Shown piece by piece: positions 7,805 to 15,794 of a DNA stretch of 64,000 nt; position 1 is the first letter of the stretch; the number at the start of each line of letters is the position of its first letter. The notes under the pieces were generated by a model. It did no database searches, was not told the DNA's origin, and saw nothing but the letters and a program-made list of their open reading frames with translations. The position numbers were made by a program, and so were the translations under genes. Source of the DNA: Alphaproteobacteria bacterium (GTDB lineage Bacteria; Pseudomonadota; Alphaproteobacteria; UBA828); contig CBDCCI010000002.1 of assembly GCA_965214705.1 (NCBI GenBank), forward strand, positions 2,112,001 to 2,176,000, in the 5' to 3' direction.

Positions 7805-9067
7805 TCAAGCGACGAACTTGACCCTGACGAAATTCGACGCCCTCGGAAGTGCGAAGCCCCACAAATAATTCAACGTCAGCGCGACTTCGCCCTTAGCAGC
7901 GCCGCCATACGGGTCACGGATCAGCTGGCCGGAGTCCCACACGGCAGCGACGGCCGCACCCTCGATTCCGCGCGCAAGACCGACGAAGCCACCAAAGTCA
8001 TTGGCGTCCGTGGCGGTCTCGATCTCGCCGCGCGTCACCCAGGAAAGGCCGAAGCGCCGCAGGAACTCCGCAATGGTCGTATCGACGCTCGCTCCCGTGT
8101 TCGCGAGGGTGTGGCTCCAAAGCGTGTTCGCTCCGACGGCAAGCACGGTACGCAGGTCGGACGGCGCCATGGCAGCCTTACCGTCGATCAACTCGGCGAA
8201 GGCTTTGAGCACGCTCGATCCCTTCACTTTGTTCGCTTGCGTGATGGTCTTTTCGGTCAGGCCGGCCGCAGTGGTCAGGCCGGTGATGTCCGCCGTCGCC
8301 TCGTTGGCGCCGTCATCGCCCAGGAAAATCGCTCGGTCGATGCCCTCGGTAAGCGCCATGCGCAGGTCGCGTTGCAGCGCGTCCTCAAGTCCCGGAATGC
8401 GGGCCGCATCCTCTAGCGTGAAGACCGCGCGAACGGCGTTACGGGTCGGCTTGATTTCCGTGACCCCGATGGTCCATGCCGCGTCGGCCACCGCTTCCGT
8501 CCTGCCCCGCTGCGCCGCCGACGCGCCGGCCGTGGTAACGGGGTGCGAACTCACACCCGGCTCGACCGACTCCATCGTGACTCCGACTGATGCGGCGGCC
8601 GTGCCGGCAAAGAGCCTGTCAATCCACCGACGCGGCCGGGTCGCCGTGTCAGTGTCGGTCGTGGCGCGTTCCTCAGCCCCCGCCAGCAAGTGAAGCGGGA
8701 AACGGTCGGCACCCATCTCCAGCGCTTGGTTGAACTCGGCCTCGGCACCCGCGACGGCGCGCATTTCCATGGCTGCCGATACATAGTTGCCCAGGCGTAC
8801 TCGGGAGCGCAGTTCGCGAAGCTCGCGGGCTTCCGCGTCCGGCTCACCCGCCGTCGCCCGCTCGCGCTGCTCGGCTTCCTCTTGTTCGACCTCGCGCATT
8901 GCTTGGCGTAGATCGCGCTCCAAGTCTGGTATACCGGCTTCGAGTCGATCAAATTCGGCGCTCTGTTCCTCGGAGCGGTTTTCAATCAGGCCCAACTCTG
9001 CCATGCGCCCGCGCTCTTTGGACTGACGCTCACGAAGTTCGCGGAGTTTCTTTTGTGTTTTCGTCAT
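7805..9067 (-). CDS. HK97-fold major capsid protein with N-terminal coiled-coil (delta) domain
   Basis: 420 aa from MTKTQKK with an RBS. Coiled-coil N-terminus, DRAIFLGDD, and C-terminal IRDPYGGAAKGEVALT. Confidence 0.85.
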   Translation of the reverse strand: MTKTQKKLRELRERQSKERGRMAELGLIENRSEEQSAEFDRLEAGIPDLERDLRQAMREVEQEEAEQRERATAGEPDAEARELRELRSRVRLGNYVSAAMEMRAVAGAEAEFNQALEMGADRFPLHLLAGAEERATTDTDTATRPRRWIDRLFAGTAAASVGVTMESVEPGVSSHPVTTAGASAAQRGRTEAVADAAWTIGVTEIKPTRNAVRAVFTLEDAARIPGLEDALQRDLRMALTEGIDRAIFLGDDGANEATADITGLTTAAGLTEKTITQANKVKGSSVLKAFAELIDGKAAMAPSDLRTVLAVGANTLWSHTLANTGASVDTTIAEFLRRFGLSWVTRGEIETATDANDFGGFVGLARGIEGAAVAAVWDSGQLIRDPYGGAAKGEVALTLNYLWGFALPRASNFVRVKFVA

Positions 9068-9075
9068 GTTTCCCT

Positions 9076-9474
9076 CTATTGCAAAATGCCGGGCGCGGGC
9101 GAAGCGCCTTCGGTCGGTGGGGACAAAATGATTTTCTTGCCGCAAAGCCGCACAATGATGGTTTGTTCTTCGGGGCACGCTGCAATCTCGAAGTCGTCCG
9201 CGACTGCATCGCAATGTTTAAGAACCTTAGCTAACGAATCGCATGTCAGTTCGAACGTTTTGACGCCAAGTATCTCCGCCATGCGTTTTTTCGAAAAAAC
9301 CACTGAATCGTGTTCGGGGTCAAGAACTTCACAAAACAATTCCAGTGCAGCCGCCACAACTTGCGTGCGCGCTATTGTTGGACTTCCTGGCGTGGATTCT
9401 TTGAGAAGTTTCCGCGCCCGGTCCAACGCTGCCGCGCCATCTCGGTTCAAATGGACAACTTTCGTGCGAGCCAT
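9076..9474 (-). CDS. Hypothetical protein (possible RHH DNA-binding N-terminus)
   Basis: Fills the gap between the terminator and the capsid gene; beta-alpha-alpha-like N-terminus. Confidence 0.55.
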   Translation of the reverse strand: MARTKVVHLNRDGAAALDRARKLLKESTPGSPTIARTQVVAAALELFCEVLDPEHDSVVFSKKRMAEILGVKTFELTCDSLAKVLKHCDAVADDFEIAACPEEQTIIVRLCGKKIILSPPTEGASPAPGILQ

Positions 9475-9539
9475 GACCCCGGACTAACACGAGAGTCTAT
9501 GGTTGTCCACAAGCGTTATATTGCGCTATATTATGGAAT

Positions 9540-9565
9540 AAACCTACGAGCGGGCCGTAGGTTTT
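9540..9565. terminator. Intrinsic terminator-like hairpin (bidirectional)
   Basis: AAACCTACG-AGCGGGC-CGTAGGTTTT immediately downstream of the HNH gene. Confidence 0.6.
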
Positions 9566-9574
9566 GTCTTAGGC

Positions 9575-9856
9575 TTAGGTCGTGAGTTCTCTTACTAAGC
9601 GGCGCCATTCCTCACGAGCCGGGTCCGCCTCAATTCCGCGCTCACTCGCCGTCTTGGCGATGTGGCAGGACCGACAGAGTGTCTGTAGATTCGCCAGATC
9701 GTAGGGAGCGCCGCCCCGGTCGAGCGGCACCACATGGTCGGCCTCGAGTCGCCCGGTCCGACCGCACGTGACGCAGCGCCAGCCGTCGCGCTCGAAGACG
9801 TCGCGACGGACAGCCTGCCAGCGGCGGCCGGGGAGGCGGGCATGGTGATGGCTCAT
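9575..9856 (-). CDS. HNH endonuclease (terminase-associated, HK97 gp74-like)
   Basis: CxxC...EADHVVP...GG...NLQTLCRSCH motif; 93 aa from MSHHHARL. Confidence 0.88.
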   Translation of the reverse strand: MSHHHARLPGRRWQAVRRDVFERDGWRCVTCGRTGRLEADHVVPLDRGGAPYDLANLQTLCRSCHIAKTASERGIEADPAREEWRRLVRELTT

Positions 9857-9863
9857 GCTATAG

Positions 9864-11477
9864 CCCGGATTATTCGTGGCGGGTCTGATTTTGGGGTGGC
9901 GGACGTAGCGTAAGCCGTTGCCATCGGGTAGGAATTCGTTGTCGAGGCGTCTTCCTCTCCGAACAACGAAAAAGCCACGCCCGCCATGACCGACGATAGC
10001 CTTCTCCCCTTCGATCTGCCAAGCGTCCAACGCAAGAGGGTGAGCGCCGCCTTCGACGGCGGCCTGATCTCGTCTGACGGCGGCCTGGTCCTGTTGCGCG
10101 AGGCGGAGCGCAGTTTACGTCTGGCCGAGACCCTGGCGGGCTGCATCCGCGACCGGCGCAATCAGGCGCAGGTGGTCCACCCGCTCTCCGCCATGCTGCG
10201 CTTTCGCATGCTGGCCATCGCCTGCGGTTACGAGGATGGCGACGACTGCGACGCGCTGCGCACGGACCCGCTGTTCAAGCTGGCCTCAGGCAAGGCGCCG
10301 GAAAGCAGCCGCGACCTGTGTTCTCAACCGACCATGAGCCGCCTGGAGAACGCGCCGTCTCGCATCGAGGTGGCGCGCATGACGGCCGCCCTGGTCGATC
10401 TCTTCTGCCGCTCCTTCTCAGCCCCACCTGCCGCCATCACGCTGGATATCGACGACACCTGCGATGCCGTGCACGGGCACCAGCAGCTGTCGCTGTTCAA
10501 CGCTCATTACGACACGCGCTGCTTCCTCCCCGTCCACGTCTATCATGTCGAGAGCGGCAAGCCGGTGGCGGTTCTCCTGCGTCCGGGCAAGACGCCGTCG
10601 GGGCCCGAGGTCCGCACCCTCATCAAGCATCTGGTCGGCCGCATCCGCCGCCACTGGCCGCACACCCGGATCGTCTTCCGGGGAGATGCGCACTACGGCC
10701 GCCCGCAAGCCATGGCCTGGTGCGAGGAGAACGGCGTCGACTACATCTTCGGCCTCGCGGGCAACCGCGCGCTCAACGCCTTGGCCTACGAGGTGGCCGA
10801 CGACCTCAAGGTCCGCCGCGCCGAGGCCGGCGCGGACAGGATGCGCAGCTTCGCCGCCTTCGCCTACGCCGCCCGCTCCTGGAGCCGCGAACGCCGGGTC
10901 GTTGCCCGGCTCGAGGCGACGACGCGCGGCTTCGACGCGCGCTATATCGTCACCTCGCTCAAGGGCGAGCCCCGCCGTCTCTACGAAGACATCTACTGTG
11001 CCCGAGGCCAGGCCGAAAACCTGATCAAGATGCACAAGGGCCAGCTCGCCTCGGACCGCACCTCCTGCCAGAGCCCGCTCGCCAACCAGCTCAGGCTGGT
11101 GCTCCACACCGCAGCCTACTGGATGATGCTCGCGCTGCGCGACGCCATTCCCCGCACGGCGCCGCTCGCCCGTGCAGAGTTCGCAACCCTCAGGCTGCGC
11201 CTCCTCAAGATCGGCACCCGCGTCATCGAGAAGGCCACCCGCGTCCGCATCCACTTCACCTCGGCCTGCCCGGACGCCGCTCTCTTCCGACTGCTCGCAG
11301 GCCGCCTCGCCGCAGCAGGCCCCTGAGCGCCGGGGCGATGTGCCCCGACAACCCAGGCTCGTTCAACCCTCAACCCAATAGCGACCCATCCTCAGATCCC
11401 GGCGCCAAACCGCGTCAGGCCACGACGCGACCCGACAACCCAGCCTCAACCGCAAGGTTCTCCGTGAATAAGTCGGG
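9864..11477 (+). mobile_element. IS1380-family insertion sequence, 1614 bp
   Basis: Terminal IRs CCCGGATTATTC / GAATAAGTCGGG; 4-bp target duplication ATAG at 9860-9863 and 11478-11481. Confidence 0.92.
9986..11326 (+). CDS. IS1380-family transposase
   Basis: FDGGLISSDGG, TLDIDDT, FRGDAHY and YCARGQAENLIK motifs. Confidence 0.93.
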   Translation: MTDDSLLPFDLPSVQRKRVSAAFDGGLISSDGGLVLLREAERSLRLAETLAGCIRDRRNQAQVVHPLSAMLRFRMLAIACGYEDGDDCDALRTDPLFKLASGKAPESSRDLCSQPTMSRLENAPSRIEVARMTAALVDLFCRSFSAPPAAITLDIDDTCDAVHGHQQLSLFNAHYDTRCFLPVHVYHVESGKPVAVLLRPGKTPSGPEVRTLIKHLVGRIRRHWPHTRIVFRGDAHYGRPQAMAWCEENGVDYIFGLAGNRALNALAYEVADDLKVRRAEAGADRMRSFAAFAYAARSWSRERRVVARLEATTRGFDARYIVTSLKGEPRRLYEDIYCARGQAENLIKMHKGQLASDRTSCQSPLANQLRLVLHTAAYWMMLALRDAIPRTAPLARAEFATLRLRLLKIGTRVIEKATRVRIHFTSACPDAALFRLLAGRLAAAGP

Positions 11478-11550
11478 ATAGTTCCCGTCCTGCCAAGATC
11501 TCCATCTCGGGGGGATGTACTGTGCACTCTTTTTGAGTTAGGTCATCATC

Positions 11551-12114
11551 ATGGTCAATTGGCAAATCTTGGCGACGGTGGCAGCGCCCATAATCACTCT
11601 CTTTGTTGGTGCCTGGATTGACCGTCGGTTCGAAAGTCGTCCCAGATTATTGACCCACTGGGGTCACGTCTCTTCTTTCAACTACACGAACCAAGATGGT
11701 TCTATAACCCAAGTGAACACCCATGCCGTTGTGCTCAGGAACGCAGGAAGACGAGCGGCAACAAACGTGCGAATGAGTCACCACTATTTGCCATCGTTTA
11801 GTGTTTGGCCGGCTGTTCAATATAATGTAGAGGATATACCGAATTCAGGTCAAGATATTGTTGTGCCAATACTAGTTCCAAACCAACAGTTAACCGTATC
11901 GTATCTATACTTTCCGCCAGTTACTTACGACCGAGTCAATAACGGCGTGAAGTGCGATCAAGGTTTCGCCATTGGGATACCAGTCTTGCTGCGACGGCAG
12001 TATCCCAATTGGGTCAAATACTTTGCGGCCATACTATTGATTGCTGGGGCCTCGACGCTGGTATATGGCCTTTTTGAGCTAGGCCAGTTGGTCGCCGGGC
12101 TGATTTCGGGCTGA
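11551..12114 (+). CDS. Cargo (moron) membrane protein with N- and C-terminal TM helices
   Basis: 187-aa ORF opposite to the structural genes, visibly AT-richer than its flanks, with a beta-rich central domain. Confidence 0.75.
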   Translation: MVNWQILATVAAPIITLFVGAWIDRRFESRPRLLTHWGHVSSFNYTNQDGSITQVNTHAVVLRNAGRRAATNVRMSHHYLPSFSVWPAVQYNVEDIPNSGQDIVVPILVPNQQLTVSYLYFPPVTYDRVNNGVKCDQGFAIGIPVLLRRQYPNWVKYFAAILLIAGASTLVYGLFELGQLVAGLISG

Positions 12115-12188
12115 TGGACTCTGGTTGGTCGCCCTCTATGCTGGCAAGGAACCGCTATGCTCCACGCTCAACCTAATATGCCTGTGGT

Positions 12189-13703
12189 TCAGCCCGCCAA
12201 GCCTCGATAGCGCCAACTCCGCTTCGGACGCTCACCCCGCCGTACGCCTTCCGCAACAGCCAAGATCGCAGCAGCAGCAGCGTCATCGCGCGCCCGCCGC
12301 CGCCGCCCGCCTTCGCTGCCCTTCGCCAGCTTCTCGTTCGCGGCCGGATCGGCAACCGTTGTCGCCTCCGCCAGCGCCGCACGAAGTAGTAGGGAGCGCC
12401 CCGGCGAGACGCACCCCTCCAATACAGCGCGCCGGAATGCCCTCACGTCTTCGGCGCCATCCTTGAAGCCTTGCCCGCGCGGCTGGAATGCCGCTTGCGG
12501 AAAGTGTGCTCGGTCTAGCGCCTGCCTTAGATCAGTCTCCCGGTAGCGGTCAGCAGCAATCGATGACGGCCGGCCCCACCGTGCCAGCACTTCAGATAGC
12601 AGCGCCTCGACGCTCACGGCCCGGCCGGCCGTCACGATCAACTCGCCCCTGTTCGCCATGTCGAGATAGAGCCGCCCCACGCCGTCACGGAGTCCGCGCT
12701 CGCTCAAGTTCGGATGTTCTGGGAACGCGGCTACCGCCTCCAGCCGCCCCGTCGCCGGCCAATAGCCCGCCGCCGCCGACATTGCGGCCCCGTCGCCCAG
12801 GTCCATGCCGAGCGCGTAGGGGCCGCTTCTCTCCGGCATGTCATCGGTCTCGACGCTTGCCCATGTCCCTGCGGTCAACAGCGTGTTCCGCACCACGTCG
12901 GAGACGCCTTGATTCAGTCGCAGCGCTCGGAACGTGGCGAGCAATGCGGGGTCGCGGCGCGCTTCGTCCGCTTCGTCACAGATCGTTTCGGCCAAGTCTG
13001 GCATATGGTCGAGCGCCGGATTCGCCTTGCGCCATGTCCGCTTTCGAAACGGCGGATCGTCCTTTCGCGCCGCGTGGCATTGGGCATAGTCGGCGCCGCC
13101 CGCCAGCATCTTCGCAAACCAGTGTTCATCGTCCGCAGGGCGCGTGCCAAGCGCCACGAAGCGACTCCCCGGTATCTTGCCCCGCGCCGTCTTGAGCGCT
13201 GCCAGCATCGCGTCACGGCTCGTGTGCGGCCATTGCGCCGGCTCATCGGCAAGAATCAATACCGGCGCCAGCCCGTGAGCGCGGCGCGGATCACTTCCGA
13301 TACAACGCGCCTTTGCGCCCGTCTCGCGACACTCTAATAGCGCTACATTTTGGCTGTCTTGAATGCGCCAGCGCTTCGGTTGCGCCTCCAAATACGGCCA
13401 CATAAAAGCGAGGATGTGTTCGAAAACAATGCGCGCTTGTGCGAAGGCCGAAGCGACAATTGTAACTTCGCCGCGCATTTGCATGAGAGGCCCGTCCAAA
13501 CACGCCGTCGCAATGCCCGCAACCAGAGTTGACTTACCGTTGCCGCGCGCGATTGCCAGCGCAGCCGAGCGCACGCCGGGACGGAAAGCCCCCCGAACAA
13601 AGCGACGTTCCCAAGGTAGTACGGAGAAGGGTTGCCCCACGTGGCATCCCTGAGACACCACGAGTCGGGAAAGCCAGGTCTCAAGGGCGTCTGTTTGTGT
13701 CAT
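12189..13703 (-). CDS. Terminase large subunit
   Basis: Walker A IARGNGKST, Walker B LILADEP, nuclease motifs GMDLG and RDDAAAA. Start taken at MTQTDAL. Confidence 0.9.
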   Translation of the reverse strand: MTQTDALETWLSRLVVSQGCHVGQPFSVLPWERRFVRGAFRPGVRSAALAIARGNGKSTLVAGIATACLDGPLMQMRGEVTIVASAFAQARIVFEHILAFMWPYLEAQPKRWRIQDSQNVALLECRETGAKARCIGSDPRRAHGLAPVLILADEPAQWPHTSRDAMLAALKTARGKIPGSRFVALGTRPADDEHWFAKMLAGGADYAQCHAARKDDPPFRKRTWRKANPALDHMPDLAETICDEADEARRDPALLATFRALRLNQGVSDVVRNTLLTAGTWASVETDDMPERSGPYALGMDLGDGAAMSAAAGYWPATGRLEAVAAFPEHPNLSERGLRDGVGRLYLDMANRGELIVTAGRAVSVEALLSEVLARWGRPSSIAADRYRETDLRQALDRAHFPQAAFQPRGQGFKDGAEDVRAFRRAVLEGCVSPGRSLLLRAALAEATTVADPAANEKLAKGSEGGRRRRARDDAAAAAILAVAEGVRRGERPKRSWRYRGLAG

Positions 13704-13758
13704 CGACACGCCACCCCACGGTCCCCGCGACAACGAGCCATCCGAGCGGTGCCATCGA

Positions 13759-14166
13759 TCAACGGATGATCTTGATGCCCAGCGACTTGAGCAAGCGCCC
13801 CGTGAACTCCAATGGATTCGACGGCTGTTTCCATGGTCGATTTCGAGGATCGCTAAAGGCGCGAACTTCGCGGTCCATCGCCCACAACATGACCCTGCCA
13901 ATGGCTTTCGCGTCGACGACTGTTACTGCGCCGTCCACAACGCGACGCGCGATCTCGCGGCGAACGTCATCAAGCGCCGTCGCAATGGCTTTGCGAAGTG
14001 CCGGCCGTTCGGGAATGCCGGCCTGCGGTAGCCCGAACTCGTTCACAATCGCGTCGATGGCAGCCTCACCGAAGACACCGACTTGAACGGCACGCGGCAT
14101 CGCCGCTTGCTTCGCCTGCGCTTGCCTCAGATACCGTTGCAGATTGTGTCCGCCCGTCACTGACAT
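13759..14166 (-). CDS. Phage neck protein (Ne1 / gp10-like)
   Basis: VQVGVF...AIVNEFG...IPERPALR...PLEFTGRLLKS pattern; 135 aa from MSVTGG. Confidence 0.7.
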   Translation of the reverse strand: MSVTGGHNLQRYLRQAQAKQAAMPRAVQVGVFGEAAIDAIVNEFGLPQAGIPERPALRKAIATALDDVRREIARRVVDGAVTVVDAKAIGRVMLWAMDREVRAFSDPRNRPWKQPSNPLEFTGRLLKSLGIKIIR

Positions 14167-14170
14167 GCGT

Positions 14171-14566
14171 TCACTCCCCTTGCGGTTGCGGCTCGATCCG
14201 CTCCGCAAGCGCCGTGTCGTACCCTTGCCAGCGCTCGACCACGCGCACCCTGTAGCGCGTGCCGTCGTAGAGGATGACATCGCCCACCGTCCCATCCCCG
14301 GCGGCTTGCAGCGGGGTCACCGTCCAAAAGACAATCGCGCCACTAAGCCGAATGCCCCCCTCTTCGACGTAGCGTTGAAACTGGGTCCAAGTCTTTGGCC
14401 CGCCAGGAGGCTGCGCCGTTACTCTGATCGGGGTTTCGACAGCTGCGCCAGGAACCCACTCGCCAAATGCGTTGCGGCTTCCGACACCCTCGCGAATCAA
14501 AGTCGCCGATGTTCCGAACGTCGCGCCTGTAATGCGAGAGCGCACGCTAAGGGGTCTTGTTCTCAT
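14171..14566 (-). CDS. Head-closure (stopper) protein
   Basis: GEWV.G...AQP...GDVILYDGTRYRV..VERW pattern. Confidence 0.65.
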   Translation of the reverse strand: MRTRPLSVRSRITGATFGTSATLIREGVGSRNAFGEWVPGAAVETPIRVTAQPPGGPKTWTQFQRYVEEGGIRLSGAIVFWTVTPLQAAGDGTVGDVILYDGTRYRVRVVERWQGYDTALAERIEPQPQGE

Positions 14567-15123
14567 TGCCCGTCCACAACCGTTCTTTGTGACTCTGCCG
14601 GCCCTTTGATTTCGATGTTGACGTGCTCCGCCGTCCCCACGTCTTGCGATGCAGGCTCGCGATATCTGTAAAGAACTATCAAGTCCAAAGCGGCCCGTTC
14701 CTCAAAATGATCGGAAATTATCTCATCCAATTGACGGGCAACAATAGGGCCGTCCAAACGAAAGCCCGCGCGATCTGCAGCTTGTTTCGCGGTTTCGGTA
14801 TCAACCCAAGACATGAAGTTTCGCGCTGCCGTCCGCGCGCCAATGCTTTCCGAGGTTTCTTCGCGAAAGAATTGAATGCTTAGCCTCGCTCTATGAGTTG
14901 TTACGGAATCGATGATTGTATTTTCCGCGTCCCCCGGTTGTACGCGATATTTCTCAAGTGCTGGCCCGTCCAATTGAGCGTCGATTACCAGCACGCTCGC
15001 ATACGGAGTTGACGGGCGACGGCCATTATCATTACCCGGAATGACAAGCTCCGCAGGAATGCCGCTTCCCTGCGCTACGAAGGCGCGGACGCGGCGCTGT
15101 ACAACTTGCGGCATCATGTCCAA
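14563..15123 (-). CDS. Neck/tail terminator (tail-completion) protein
   Basis: VIPGNDNGRRPSTPYASV...LSIQFF...FEERAALDL pattern; overlaps the closure gene. Confidence 0.6.
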   Translation of the reverse strand: MDMMPQVVQRRVRAFVAQGSGIPAELVIPGNDNGRRPSTPYASVLVIDAQLDGPALEKYRVQPGDAENTIIDSVTTHRARLSIQFFREETSESIGARTAARNFMSWVDTETAKQAADRAGFRLDGPIVARQLDEIISDHFEERAALDLIVLYRYREPASQDVGTAEHVNIEIKGPAESQRTVVDGQ

Positions 15124-15185
15124 ATCCTCGCGCTGTTCCGCGCTAGAGCGCTTGACAAATTAGGGCAGATTCCTACCCTTTCCGC

Positions 15186-15320
15186 TCTAGGCAGGCCCGG
15201 TCAGGGAGCCTAGTCCCCCGATCAAGGGGAGCCCGGCGCGTCACCGCTGGGCCGCGTAATCGGTGCCCTTCACCGCTCACCATCGGCGCCCGGCGGGAGA
15301 TCAACCCCGCCGGGTCCGCT
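15186..15320 (+). ncRNA. Candidate structured RNA, possibly C4/CI-type antisense RNA
   Basis: Upstream TTGACA-N16-TACCCT (15152-15179). Five hairpins, two with GATCAA loops, and an alternative long 5'/3' stem. Confidence 0.4.
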
Positions 15321-15523
15321 TATTGCCGGCGCTTGCCGTGGATATCGTCGAGACTGACGAGCACCGGGTCGCCAGGGTCGCGCGGGCGCAACTCCGCACG
15401 GGTGAGGTTCTCAGCGTTGCCCGGATTTTCGCGGATGGACGCGCGACCGCCCCCGCTCGCAGCTACTTTCCCAGCGCCACCGCCAAGGCGCACCGGCGCG
15501 CGTCCCGCCGGCCGAATGGTGGA

Positions 15524-15546
15524 TTTCTGCCCCATGGGGCAGTTAT
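15524..15546. repeat. 23-bp repeat with 16-bp palindrome (copy 2)
   Basis: Identical to 3594-3616. Confidence 0.75.
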
Positions 15547-15593
15547 TCGGCGATGGGGAGGGGAACGGGAGGCGGCTAAGTGCTTGAAATGAT

Positions 15594-15670
15594 TGGTCGG
15601 AGTGAGTGGATTTGAACCACCGACCCCCGCCTCCCGAAGACGGTGCTCTACCAGGCTGAGCTACACTCCG
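15594..15670 (-). tRNA. tRNA-Pro (CGG)
   Basis: CGGAGTGTAGCTCAGCCTGGTAGAGCACCGTCTTCGGGAGGCGGGGGTCGGTGGTTCAAATCCACTCACTCCGACCA: cloverleaf, anticodon CGG, encoded CCA. Confidence 0.97.
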
Positions 15671-15794
15671 ACCGAGGGTGCGCGCAGGCGGTGCAATCCC
15701 GGCCCTCGCGCGCGCTCCTTATAGCCCCAGGCGCCGGGAGCCGGCAAGCAATGTCGCAATCGCCTTGCGAATTAGACCCCATGAGAGACGGGCC

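Larger units (their letters stand above)
3467..15638 (-). mobile_element. tRNA-Pro-integrated capsid-forming phage satellite (cf-PICI-like) or tail-less mini-prophage
   Basis: Bounded by 45-bp att direct repeats. Contains int, xis, head, packaging and neck genes; no recognisable tail, lysis or replication genes. Confidence 0.85.

Noticed and set aside
13704-13901. N-terminal extension of TerL, or a hidden small terminase gene
   Set aside because: The extension overlaps the neck gene and looks non-coding; the 55-bp gap is too small for TerS.
5456-15123. Gene transfer agent (RcGTA-like) cluster
   Set aside because: Has an integrase, att sites and an HNH nuclease, lacks tail genes, and does not follow the RcGTA gene order.
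15320-15535. 71-aa minus-strand ORF near the tRNA
   Set aside because: Its ATG lies inside the palindromic repeat, it has no clear RBS or motif, and it cannot be supported.
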